Positions 10,239-18,909 of a stretch of DNA of 64,000 nt are shown here, piece by piece; within the stretch, counting starts at the first letter, position 1, and the number at the start of each line of letters is the position of its first letter. Under the pieces are notes generated by a model, which was given only the letters and a program-made list of their open reading frames with translations, ran no database searches and had not been told where the DNA came from. The stretch is taken from assembly GCA_019135865.1 (NCBI GenBank), contig JAGVVD010000022.1:108204-172203 (forward strand), in the 5' to 3' direction. The DNA comes from Elusimicrobiota bacterium (GTDB lineage: Bacteria; Elusimicrobiota; Elusimicrobia; Elusimicrobiales; UBA9959). Made by a program: the position numbers and the translations under genes.

Positions 10239-11423
10239 TCAGCGCTCGTCCTTGGCCGCGTCGAAGCCGTGCAGGTAGGTCACCGAGATGAAGAAAAGCA
10301 GGGCGAAGACCACTATGGCGAAGGCGGCGGAATAGCTGTAGCGGTTGTAGGTGAAAGCGGCCTTGTAGAGCGCCGAGACCAGGATATCCGCCTGCTCGGT
10401 GCCGCCGGCCTGGCCCGTCACCAGGTAGATGACGTTGATGTTGTTGAAGGTCCAGACGGTGCCCAGCGTGACGGCGGGCATCAGCACCGGCTTGACCAGC
10501 GGGAGCGTTATGTAGCGCAGCTTCTGGAAATAAGAGGCCCCGTCGATATCGGCCGCGTCGTAATAGGAAGTGGAGATGGACTGGAGGCCGCCCAGTATGA
10601 CCACCATCATGAACGGTATGCCGAGCCAGACGTTTATTATCGTGCAGGTCAGGAGGGGGTAGTCGCTGAGCCACTGCACCGGGCCCACGCCGAGCCCGGC
10701 CAGGAGCGGGTAGGCCTCGGCTATCCTGCCGAGTATGATGTTGACGAAACCGTTCTGCGAATGGAACTCGCCGCGCATCGCCAGCACCGCCACCACCTGG
10801 GGCATGGCCCAGGGGATGACCAGCAGCGTGCGGTAGACGCCCTTGAGGCTTATGGCGTTGTTGAGGAGCAGGGCCAGCGCGAAGCCGCCGAGCACGTGGA
10901 AGAAGACGTTGGAGAAGGTCCACAGCAGGGTCCTGCCCAGCAGCGCCCAGAAGGTCACCTCCGAGAGGGGGGAGGTGGTGAAGACCTTGACGTACTGCTC
11001 GAGGCCCACGAACGGGATCTTCCCGGTGTTCTTCCACATCATTATCGTAGTCAGCTTGAGGTCGTGGAAGGAAAGGTAGACCTCGAAGAGGAAAGGGTAG
11101 ACCAGCAGCAGCGCCAGGCCTACGAAGGCGGGGAGCAGGAGGAGATAGGCCAGCGAGTGGCGGCCCTTGACCGCGTAGCGGAAGAAAGCCAGCACCACGG
11201 CCTCGATGGCGAAGAGCCAGGCGAAGAGCCCGGGCTTGGCTATGCCGCCGGCGACGAAGCCCGACCAGACGAGCAGCGGGAAGACGGCCAGGCCCGCCCA
11301 GAAGAACCAGGGGCGGTCGTGGAACTTGAAGTGGTAGTAGAAGTAGCCTTCCAGCGCGGCCACGCCGAGGGCTATGAGCAGTATGAAGCCGGCAACTTCG
11401 TAGACCGAGCGAAGGAGTTCCAT
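10239..11423 (-). CDS. sugar ABC transporter permease (MalF-like)
   Basis: 394 aa. The EAA-type loop is present (YYDAADIDGASYFQKLRYITLP). The start overlaps the stop of the binding-protein gene (ATGA). Confidence 0.9.
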   Translation of the reverse strand: MELLRSVYEVAGFILLIALGVAALEGYFYYHFKFHDRPWFFWAGLAVFPLLVWSGFVAGGIAKPGLFAWLFAIEAVVLAFFRYAVKGRHSLAYLLLLPAFVGLALLLVYPFLFEVYLSFHDLKLTTIMMWKNTGKIPFVGLEQYVKVFTTSPLSEVTFWALLGRTLLWTFSNVFFHVLGGFALALLLNNAISLKGVYRTLLVIPWAMPQVVAVLAMRGEFHSQNGFVNIILGRIAEAYPLLAGLGVGPVQWLSDYPLLTCTIINVWLGIPFMMVVILGGLQSISTSYYDAADIDGASYFQKLRYITLPLVKPVLMPAVTLGTVWTFNNINVIYLVTGQAGGTEQADILVSALYKAAFTYNRYSYSAAFAIVVFALLFFISVTYLHGFDAAKDER

Positions 11424-12652
11424 CAGCGGTTCATCTCCTCTATCTTGCGGTCGGTGTTCTCCTGCATGCGCTTCACGGCGTCCTCCACGCTCAGCTTGCG
11501 CGTCGTGGCCAGCCCCATGTAGTTACGGGCCGAATCCCAGACCGCGCGCATCTCGGTGGCCATGGGCATCGGGCGGCCCTTGAGTATCTGCTCCAGCGAT
11601 ATCCGCGAGACCTCGTCGGAGACTATCTCCTTCGCCGCGCCGGCGGCCTTGAGGGCGGGCAGGCGGGTAAGGACCTGGTACTGCTTCACCTGGTTCTCCC
11701 GGGAGGTGTAGAACTCGAGCAGGCGTTTGACCAGCGCCAGCTTCTCCGGCTTGAGGCCGGAGCTGACCGTGAAGTACTTGCCGCTGACCATGGGGGAGGG
11801 CCAGCGGCCGGTCTTAGAGAGTTTCGGAATGACGGCGAGGCCGAAGTTCTCGCCGAAATGCTTCTGGTAGCCCGAGATGGCCCAGTCGCCGTTGATGATG
11901 AAGGCGGCCTTGCCTTCCTTGAAGAGCGAATCCATGCAGTTATAGTCGCACTCCATCGGGACGTACTTCTTCTCGTACTTAAGATCGAGGTAGAAGTTCA
12001 GGGTGTCGCGCATGGGCTGGGTGTGCAGCGTCGGCTTCTTGCCGTCCATCGGCCAGCCGCCGAAGGCGCCCAGCCAGGGCATCAGCCAGAAAGGCTCGCC
12101 CATGTCGAAGGCGATGCAGCGGTCCAGCTTGTATTTCTTCGCGTCCCGGTCGCAAAATTCAAAAAGTTCGTCTGTGGTCCGCGGGGCCTCTTTCACGAAC
12201 TTCTTGTTGTAGAACATCATCAGGTGGTTGCCGTTGGAGACCGGCACGCCCCAGATATGACCGTCGAGGGAGATGGCCTCCACGACGGGGGCGTTGAACT
12301 TCTTGAAATCGAACATATCCTCGAGCGGGATTATGAAGCCGGATATGGCGTAGATGCCGGCCGTATCCGAAGGGCCCAGCAGCAGGTCGGGGGGGACCCC
12401 GGCGAGGGAAGCGGCCTGGAACTGCTGGCGCAGGTCCTCGGTCTGGTAATGCGCGCGGATTATCTCTATCCCCTCGTTGCCGGGGAGCTTTTTGAAGGCC
12501 TCGAAGACGGAATCGATGTAGGGGGCGACCTGGGCGTCCTCCTGCTCCCAGACCACGATGGTGTTCTCGTCGGACATGGAGGCGGGCCTGGAGCAGGCCT
12601 GCGCCAGGCAGAGAGCGGCGAGCGCCGCCGGAAAGACCAGTATTTTTTTCAA
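11423..12652 (-). CDS. extracellular sugar-binding lipoprotein (family 1 SBP, MalE-like)
   Basis: 409 aa. A lipobox is present (LCLAQAC). The body is typical of SBP_bac_1 proteins (DLLLGPSD..., AFIINGDWA). Confidence 0.85.
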   Translation of the reverse strand: MKKILVFPAALAALCLAQACSRPASMSDENTIVVWEQEDAQVAPYIDSVFEAFKKLPGNEGIEIIRAHYQTEDLRQQFQAASLAGVPPDLLLGPSDTAGIYAISGFIIPLEDMFDFKKFNAPVVEAISLDGHIWGVPVSNGNHLMMFYNKKFVKEAPRTTDELFEFCDRDAKKYKLDRCIAFDMGEPFWLMPWLGAFGGWPMDGKKPTLHTQPMRDTLNFYLDLKYEKKYVPMECDYNCMDSLFKEGKAAFIINGDWAISGYQKHFGENFGLAVIPKLSKTGRWPSPMVSGKYFTVSSGLKPEKLALVKRLLEFYTSRENQVKQYQVLTRLPALKAAGAAKEIVSDEVSRISLEQILKGRPMPMATEMRAVWDSARNYMGLATTRKLSVEDAVKRMQENTDRKIEEMNR

Positions 12653-12677
12653 CCCCGCTCCCCTCGGGCCCGCGGCC

Positions 12678-12917
12678 CTAATTCTTGGAGATGTTGGTAA
12701 TGGCGGCCAGCAGGGCCACCAGCACGGAAAGTTTCAGCGCCGTCCACCAGGAGATATGCTCCGCCACGGCGCCGGAGGCGACCGCGCCGGGGAACAGCTC
12801 CGGTATCGTCCACATCCAGAACCACTTGATCAGGAAGATGCCCAGCACGAAAATAGCGGCGACCAGGAGTATTATGGACGGGATGCCTAAGAACAGCGCG
12901 TTACGCATTCTCATCAC
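12678..12917 (-). CDS. small hypothetical membrane protein, first gene of the sugar ABC operon
   Basis: 79 aa with two to three hydrophobic helices and GC3-rich codons. It lies 25 nt upstream of the binding-protein gene. No recognisable family. Confidence 0.45.
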   Translation of the reverse strand: MMRMRNALFLGIPSIILLVAAIFVLGIFLIKWFWMWTIPELFPGAVASGAVAEHISWWTALKLSVLVALLAAITNISKN

Positions 12918-12979
12918 CGAAAAATTCTAACAAATTATAGGGGGTTAATCACGCGGTATCCGCGGGCGGGGGCCGGAAT

Positions 12980-12987
12980 TGTATAAT
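12980..12987 (+). promoter_or_regulatory. TG + TATAAT (-10) box, 6 nt upstream of ATG 12994
   Basis: The sequence reads ttgTATAATttaggcATG. No Shine-Dalgarno sequence lies between the box and the ATG. Confidence 0.45.
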
Positions 12988-12993
12988 TTAGGC

Positions 12994-13776
12994 ATGAAAC
13001 AGGACCCCAAAGACGCTCGGGCGAGACTGTTCTGGGACCGCAAAGCGGCGGGCTATCCTTCCCCGCTGGCGCCGGCCACGCTGAAAGCCACGCGCAGGAC
13101 CCTCTCGATGATGCGCCGCCTGGGCGCGGAATGGCGGGGGCTCGACGTGCTGGACATAGGCTGCGGCACGGGCCTGTTCGCCCTGGCCATGGCCCCGGCC
13201 GCGCGGCGGGTGGTCGGCACGGACCTGTCCCCCAGGATGCTGGCGCGCATGAAGGCGGAAGCCTCGGCCGCCGGCCTGTGCAACGCGGAGGCGTTCAGGG
13301 CCGACTGGAAAAAATTGCCGGCCTCCGTGCTGAAGGGCCGTTTCGGCCTGGCCGTGGCCTCGATGACCTCGGCCGTCGGGACTCCCGCCGAGGTCCGGAA
13401 GATGGAGGCCTGCGCGGAAAAATGCGCCTACGTGGGCTGGTACGGGGTCAGGAAGAACCCCGTGATGGAAGCCGTCTTCCGTCTGCACGGCCTGCCCTAC
13501 CTCTCCCCGGAAGGCGCGTCGCGCGTCGAGCGCTCCCTTAAGACGCTGGGCCGCCGCTTCCGCAAAAAGGTGTTCGCCGAGGTCCGGCGGCGGGAAGAAC
13601 CCCTCGAAAAGGCCCTGCGCGAGGCGCGGGCCCACATAGAGATAAACGGCGTGAAATTCCGCAGAAAAGAGACCGGGGAACTGCTTAAAAAGCTGTTCCC
13701 CGGCGGTACCGTGCGCCAGCGGACCGAGGCCCGCAAGGCGCTCTTCGTCTGGTCCGGTCCTAAGCGGCGGCCTTGA
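12994..13776 (+). CDS. class I SAM-dependent methyltransferase
   Basis: SAM motif I is present ([16 protein letters not shown]), followed by [11 protein letters not shown]. The start is placed at the first ATG; the ORF-track start at 12979 is a TTG lying inside the -10 box. Confidence 0.75.
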   Translation: MKQDPKDARARLFWDRKAAGYPSPLAPATLKATRRTLSMMRRLGAEWRGLDVLDIGCGTGLFALAMAPAARRVVGTDLSPRMLARMKAEASAAGLCNAEAFRADWKKLPASVLKGRFGLAVASMTSAVGTPAEVRKMEACAEKCAYVGWYGVRKNPVMEAVFRLHGLPYLSPEGASRVERSLKTLGRRFRKKVFAEVRRREEPLEKALREARAHIEINGVKFRRKETGELLKKLFPGGTVRQRTEARKALFVWSGPKRRP

Positions 13777-15118
13777 TCCCTTTGGCGGGCGCCACCGCTA
13801 TCTCCAGCAGGCCGGGCTTCTTGACGCACTGCTTGGCGAAGGCGTCGTCGCGCAGCTTGTTGCGGTAGTCCTTGTGCTGGAAGGTATATTCGAAGCGGGT
13901 GTGCACGTCGTAGGTCCCGTTCATCAGCCCCACCACGTCCTCCACGAAGACCCTCTCCTCGTCCGTCGGTATCACGAAAACCTTGACCTTCGAATCCTTA
14001 GCGGAGATCTCGGTCTCGGCGTTGCGGGTCTTGGAGAGGCCGTTCCTGGCCGCGTCCAGCTTTATTCCCATGAACTCAAGGCCGGACAGGGCCGCCGCGC
14101 GGGTGATGGGCCCCATCTCGCCGACGCCGGCGGTGAAGACGATCGCGTCCGCCCCGCCGATGGCCGCCGCGTAGGCGCCGATATATTTCCTGATCCGGTT
14201 CGCCTCCATGTCCAGCGCCAGCCGCGCCCGCTTGTCGCCGTTCTCGGCGGCTATCTCGACGTCGCGCGCGTCGCTGTACTGGCCCGTGATGCCCAGCTTG
14301 CCCGACTTCTTGTTGAGGATGGCGTCCATCTCGCCGGGGTTGAGGCTCTCGCGGGCCATCACGTAGAGCGGGATGGCGGGATCGTGGTCGCCGGCGCGGG
14401 TTCCCATGACCAGCCCCTCCAGGGGGGTAAAGCCCATGCTGGTATCGTAGGAGACGCCGTTCTTTACGGCGTTGACCGAGGCGCCGTTGCCGATATGGCA
14501 GATGATGAGGTTCGCCTTGAAGGGGTCCTTCTTGAGCAGCACGGCGGCGCGCTTGGCGTTGTAGAGGAAAGAGGTGCCGTGGAAGCCGTAGCGGCGGATG
14601 CCGTACTTCTCGTACCAACTGCGGGGCAGCGCGTACATGTAGGAGGCCTCGGGCATCGTCTGGTGCCAGGCGGTGTCCATGATGGCCATGTGCGGCACGG
14701 TGGGCATCAGTTCGCGCGCGGCCTCTATGCCCATGATGTTCGGGGGATTGTGCAGCGGGGCCAGCGAGGAGAGCTCGCGGAAGGTCTCCACCACCTTGTC
14801 GTCCACGACGACCGATTTGACGAACTTCTCGCCGCCGTGCACCACGCGGTGGCCGACGGCCGCTATGCCTTTGAGGTTGGGGATGACGCCGTGCTTGCCG
14901 TCGACCAGGGTGTCGATGACCAGCTTTATCGCCTCCTTGTGGGAGGGGCAGGGGCTTTCGATGGCGACCTTTTCCTTGCCGGGCGCCTCGTGGGTTATGA
15001 AAGAGCCCTCTATGCCGACCCGTTCGACCACGCCGGAAGCGAGCGGGAGTTTCTTATTCCAGTCGAAAAGGGTATATTTGACCGACGAACTGCCGCAGTT
15101 CAGCGAAAGTATTTTCAT
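13760..15118 (-). CDS. ackA: acetate kinase with about 50-aa C-terminal extension
   Basis: The protein starts [20 protein letters not shown]. Other conserved acetate kinase segments are present: [17 protein letters not shown] and VIPTDEE. At 452 aa it is longer than the usual roughly 400 aa. Confidence 0.9.
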   Translation of the reverse strand: MKILSLNCGSSSVKYTLFDWNKKLPLASGVVERVGIEGSFITHEAPGKEKVAIESPCPSHKEAIKLVIDTLVDGKHGVIPNLKGIAAVGHRVVHGGEKFVKSVVVDDKVVETFRELSSLAPLHNPPNIMGIEAARELMPTVPHMAIMDTAWHQTMPEASYMYALPRSWYEKYGIRRYGFHGTSFLYNAKRAAVLLKKDPFKANLIICHIGNGASVNAVKNGVSYDTSMGFTPLEGLVMGTRAGDHDPAIPLYVMARESLNPGEMDAILNKKSGKLGITGQYSDARDVEIAAENGDKRARLALDMEANRIRKYIGAYAAAIGGADAIVFTAGVGEMGPITRAAALSGLEFMGIKLDAARNGLSKTRNAETEISAKDSKVKVFVIPTDEERVFVEDVVGLMNGTYDVHTRFEYTFQHKDYRNKLRDDAFAKQCVKKPGLLEIAVAPAKGIKAAA

Positions 15119-15189
15119 GCGATGGTGTCCCCTTGAAGGAATTTTGACGACTTTCTTATTCTACAAAAAAACCGGCGGCCGCGCATTTT

Positions 15190-15198
15190 TGATATCAT
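15190..15198 (+). promoter_or_regulatory. extended -10 promoter TGATATCAT, 6 nt upstream of ATG 15205
   Basis: The sequence ttTGATATCATttcggcATG recurs almost identically upstream of purB (57703-57720). Confidence 0.45.
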
Positions 15199-15204
15199 TT
15201 CGGC

Positions 15205-15594
15205 ATGAGAGGGAAAAAGGCCATTCTGCTGGCGGCCGCGGGCGCCGCTCTCGGCGCGGCGCTCTTCCGCCTGTACCTCGGGCAGACGCCGCTGCGGACC
15301 GCGGTCAGACGGCTCTCCGGCCTCAGGATAGCCGCCGAACTGTACCGGCAGGAGAAGGGAAGTTTTCCCAGGGACTATTCCGCCGTGCTGTCCGAAGGCA
15401 AACTCGAGGCCGTCCCGCCCCTCAAGCTCAGGGGACGCCTCTCCTGTTCGAGAGTCGTCGGTTATCCGGAGCTGAAACCCGGCGGTACCGGCTGCTGGGG
15501 TTATGTGGCCGACCCGGCCAGCCCGGATTTCGGGACCGTATTCGTGGATTCGGCGGGGAAGGACCCGCAGGGCCGCCACTGGACCTGGTTCTAG
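15205..15594 (+). CDS. hypothetical membrane-anchored protein with pseudopilin-like core
   Basis: 129 aa with one N-terminal hydrophobic helix. The segment that follows (LRIAAELYRQEKGSFPRDYSAVLSEGKLEAVPPLKL) resembles the alpha-beta region of type II/IV pseudopilins. No G/FTLIE prepilin cleavage motif is present. Confidence 0.5.
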   Translation: MRGKKAILLAAAGAALGAALFRLYLGQTPLRTAVRRLSGLRIAAELYRQEKGSFPRDYSAVLSEGKLEAVPPLKLRGRLSCSRVVGYPELKPGGTGCWGYVADPASPDFGTVFVDSAGKDPQGRHWTWF

Positions 15595-15598
15595 GCTC

Positions 15599-16663
15599 TC
15601 AGGCCGCGGACGCCTGCTGGGAGGAGAGGACTTCCTCGTATTGGGCCTCGAGAAGGTTCACCACCACCTCCACGGACATATTGTGATCGACGGCTTCGTA
15701 GGCGGCCTTTGAGAGCGCCTCGGCCGAGGAACGGTCCTCGAAAAGACGCAGTATGGCGGCGGCGTAGGCCTCGGCGTCGCCCGGGGGGACCACCAGACCG
15801 TTCTTTTCGTGTATGGTATAGTCGCTGAGACCGCGAAGCCGGGGGATCACGCAGGCGACCCCGGAAGCCTGGGCCTCCATGAGCGACATCGAGATCTCCT
15901 CTTTCATCGTGGCCTTGACGTAGACGTTCAGCATGGCCATGACCTCGGGCATGTCGGTGCGCTCGCCGAGCATGTCCAGTTTGTGGCTTATCTCCAGGTT
16001 CCTGGCGAGCTTGCGTATCCGCTCGTTCTTCAGGCCGACCAGCGTGAAGGAAAGCGAAGGGTCCCGGTCCAGGACCGCGCGCGCTATGCGCAGGAACAAC
16101 TGCTGGTCCATCAGGCTCTCGTCCATACTGACCGTCCCCACCTGGAACTCCTTCTTCACGGCCATCGTCCTCTTGATGAGCATCGCGCTCTCCCAGCGTC
16201 CGAGGCTGGTGTTTATGCACGGGGGAAGGACCGCCAGCTTGGCCTGGGACAGGCCCGCGGCCAGCATATCCTCCCGCACGGTGGGACAGGAGGGGAGGAA
16301 CTTGGAGACGAGAGGCTCTATCGACTTGAGCTTCATCATCGCGGTCATACCGTCCAGGCGCAGCTGGCTGAACACTATCCGGCCGTGACCCGCGGCCTTC
16401 TTTACGGTCAGCTGCCCCACGCCGTAGGTGTTGTAGAGGTGAATGATGTCGTAGTCCTGCAGCTCGAACAGGCCGAACCTGGCCACGAGAGTGAAGGGCT
16501 TGACCGGCACCTTGTATTTCCGGCACTCGTCGGCCAGGCGGGAATCCTTGGGGCACATCACCACGACGGTATGGCCTTTCTTGACGAGCTGCATCGCCAG
16601 ATGCAGCACCTGGTAAGAACTGATGTCCCAATCGGAGTTGTCCACGATCTTGAGTATCTTCAC
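15599..16663 (-). CDS. glycosyltransferase family 4 (GT-B, GT1/GT4-like)
   Basis: The start is placed at GTG (VKILKIV), preceded by GGAGG. It overlaps the upstream stop (GTGA). The C-terminal E-x7-E-like region is present (MEAQASGVACVIPRLRGLSDYTIHEKNGLVV). Confidence 0.8.
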   Translation of the reverse strand: MKILKIVDNSDWDISSYQVLHLAMQLVKKGHTVVVMCPKDSRLADECRKYKVPVKPFTLVARFGLFELQDYDIIHLYNTYGVGQLTVKKAAGHGRIVFSQLRLDGMTAMMKLKSIEPLVSKFLPSCPTVREDMLAAGLSQAKLAVLPPCINTSLGRWESAMLIKRTMAVKKEFQVGTVSMDESLMDQQLFLRIARAVLDRDPSLSFTLVGLKNERIRKLARNLEISHKLDMLGERTDMPEVMAMLNVYVKATMKEEISMSLMEAQASGVACVIPRLRGLSDYTIHEKNGLVVPPGDAEAYAAAILRLFEDRSSAEALSKAAYEAVDHNMSVEVVVNLLEAQYEEVLSSQQASAA

Positions 16664-17403
16664 CGGGCCTCCGTCTCGAGTTTTTCCAGCTCCCGCCGCG
16701 CGCGCTCGGCGTATTCCTTCTCCGGCGCGTTCTCCGCCATGTCCCGGTAGATCGCGGCGGCCGTGGCGTAGTCGCCGGCGCGCTTGCTCAGGAAAGCGGT
16801 CTGGTTCTTCAGCATCGTCGGGCAGTCGGGCTGGCGCACCACGGGGAGCAGCAGCCTGACTATCTCCGCCGGGTCCGTTTCTCCGCTGTAGCCGACGGCG
16901 GCCAGCAGGGAGTGGTAACGCCATTCCCGCGGAGCGCGTTCTATCGCCAGCTCCAGCACCTCCCTGGCCTCGGCGGGCCTGTCCAGGTTGTAAGCCAGCG
17001 AAGCGGCGGAATAGAGCACCGCGCTGTGAAAATAAGGATCGAGGTGCAGGACGTGGAACGAGAGCGGAACGAACTCGGGGTAGAGCCCCTTCTCCCAGCC
17101 CGCGCCGTGATGACAGACGCTGCCGTCGGCGTGATGATGCGCGTGGTGCTCCCGCACCCGCTCGTCGTGGACCGATTCCCGCGTTCCGTAATACTGCATC
17201 AGGCGTATGAACCAGAGGTCGGCGAAAAGACGGCGGGCCCCGAAACTTACGGCGGCCGCGTCCTCGGCGGCGCCGCGGCGCACTTCCTCTATTTCGCCGA
17301 CGGGCGGCAGGGGCGGCCGGTAGGGGGCGGCCAGCGGGTTCAGCGCCAGGGCCGGGAGAAAGAAGAGGAGGCCCGCGGCCAGGTCCTTCGCCGGGGAAAG
17401 CAA
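16660..17403 (-). CDS. secreted/anchored His-rich helical-repeat (TPR-like) protein
   Basis: 247 aa with an N-terminal hydrophobic segment. A His cluster (HDERVREHHAHHHADGSVCHHG) spans aa 78-99. The C-terminal part has TPR-like helices. Confidence 0.6.
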   Translation of the reverse strand: MLSPAKDLAAGLLFFLPALALNPLAAPYRPPLPPVGEIEEVRRGAAEDAAAVSFGARRLFADLWFIRLMQYYGTRESVHDERVREHHAHHHADGSVCHHGAGWEKGLYPEFVPLSFHVLHLDPYFHSAVLYSAASLAYNLDRPAEAREVLELAIERAPREWRYHSLLAAVGYSGETDPAEIVRLLLPVVRQPDCPTMLKNQTAFLSKRAGDYATAAAIYRDMAENAPEKEYAERARRELEKLETEAR

Positions 17404-17404
17404 G

Positions 17405-18172
17405 TCAGAACTCCTTGCGGCGCAGCAGCGCCCAGGCGAAGCCGTAGGAACCGGCCCACCAGGCGGCGGCGTAGGGCAGGGCCGCGAGGGGCGGGGCGGC
17501 GGCTCCGCGCACGTCGAGCGCGTCCTTGAAATTGAAAAGCTGGAAATTCGGTATCAGCCGGGCGAGCAGCTCCAGGAGAGAGCCCTCGCCGGCCGCCTGC
17601 GCGGCCATCAGGACCGTCTCCGGGGCGAAATGCCCCAGCATCCACAGGATGAAACCTATGACCATGGAGGAAAGGGAGGAGGTGGAGAACATGGAGACGG
17701 CGAAGACCAGCGAGGAGATGATCGTCAGTTTCAGCCAGGAGTAGGCCAGCGCCGCGAAATAGGGCCCGTCTGGAGCGTGCCCGCGGAGCAGGAGCAGGGA
17801 AGAATGCATCAGGGCGGTCGCCGCGAGAAGGACGGCGGCCGCGCCGAAGACCGCCAGCATCTTGCCCAGCAGGTAGGAGTGTCTCGGAACGGGACGCGAA
17901 AATACCAGGTAGATGGTCTTGGTCTCCACCTCGGAAGAAACGGCGGTCGCGGAGGCGTAGACGCAGAAGGCGAGCCCCATCAGTTCCATCAGGGCCAGGC
18001 CGAAATCCACCAGAGCGCGGCGCTCCTGGTAGACGGCCATGACGCCGACCAGCAGCGAGGAATAGATCAGGAGCAGGGAGAAGAGCAGGAAGAGGCCGAA
18101 GAAGCGGTCGCGCAGGTGCAGGCGCAGCGAGTGGGAGGCGACCCTCAGGGCGGGGGAAAAGAACGCCTTCAT
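17405..18172 (-). CDS. ABC-2 type permease (NosY/YhaP-like)
   Basis: 255 aa with six TM segments. The motif EVETKTIYLVFSRPVPRHSYLLGK is typical of ABC-2 family permeases. Confidence 0.75.
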   Translation of the reverse strand: MKAFFSPALRVASHSLRLHLRDRFFGLFLLFSLLLIYSSLLVGVMAVYQERRALVDFGLALMELMGLAFCVYASATAVSSEVETKTIYLVFSRPVPRHSYLLGKMLAVFGAAAVLLAATALMHSSLLLLRGHAPDGPYFAALAYSWLKLTIISSLVFAVSMFSTSSLSSMVIGFILWMLGHFAPETVLMAAQAAGEGSLLELLARLIPNFQLFNFKDALDVRGAAAPPLAALPYAAAWWAGSYGFAWALLRRKEF

Positions 18173-18909
18173 CGCACCGCCTCCATGAAGAGTTTCTCGA
18201 GGCCGCCCTCGGTCCCGCGCCAGGCCCCGCTCTCGACGCAGGAGACCACGCTGCCGCGGGAAAGCATGACGACCCTGTCGGCCACCTTCTCGAGCTCCGA
18301 GATGCTGTGGGAGGAGAGCACCACCGTGCGGCCCTCTTCCCGCAGGCCGGTTATGAGCACCCGCATGTCGTGTATGGCGATAGGGTCCAGGCCGCTGGCC
18401 GGCTCGTCGAGTATGACCAGGTCCGGCCCGTGCACCAGCGCCTGGGCCAGGCCCAGCCGCTGCATCATGCCCTTGGAGAACTCCGAGATGCGCTTGCCCG
18501 CGTGAGGCGCCAGGCCGACCTTTTCCATTACGGAGGAGACGGCCGGGGCCGCGGCGGCGCGGTCCATGCCGCTGAGCGAGGCGTAATAAGCCAGCGCCTC
18601 GGCCGGGCGGTACCGGGGGTAGAAATAAGGCAGCTCCGGCAGGAAGCCGGTGCGGCGGCGGCTCTCCGGGTCGCGCGGGTCGGAGCCCAGGACCCGCACC
18701 GAGCCCGAGGTGGGGGAGAGCAGGCCGGCCATCAGTTTCATCAGGGTCGTCTTGCCGGCGCCGTTGAGGCCGAGGAGGCCCAGGATCTCGCCGCGGCGTA
18801 TCCCGAACGAAACGTCCTTAACGGCCTCCAGAGGCTGCGGGCGGCCCAGCCTGGGGAGGTAATAGATCTTCCCCGTCCCGTCGAACTCCACCGCGGCGGC
18901 CCGGTTCAT
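18169..18909 (-). CDS. ABC transporter ATP-binding protein
   Basis: Walker A (GLNGAGKTT), ABC signature (FSKGMMQRLGLAQAL) and Walker B (LVILDEPASGLD) are present. It has 4-nt overlaps with both neighbours. Confidence 0.9.
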   Translation of the reverse strand: MNRAAAVEFDGTGKIYYLPRLGRPQPLEAVKDVSFGIRRGEILGLLGLNGAGKTTLMKLMAGLLSPTSGSVRVLGSDPRDPESRRRTGFLPELPYFYPRYRPAEALAYYASLSGMDRAAAAPAVSSVMEKVGLAPHAGKRISEFSKGMMQRLGLAQALVHGPDLVILDEPASGLDPIAIHDMRVLITGLREEGRTVVLSSHSISELEKVADRVVMLSRGSVVSCVESGAWRGTEGGLEKLFMEAVR

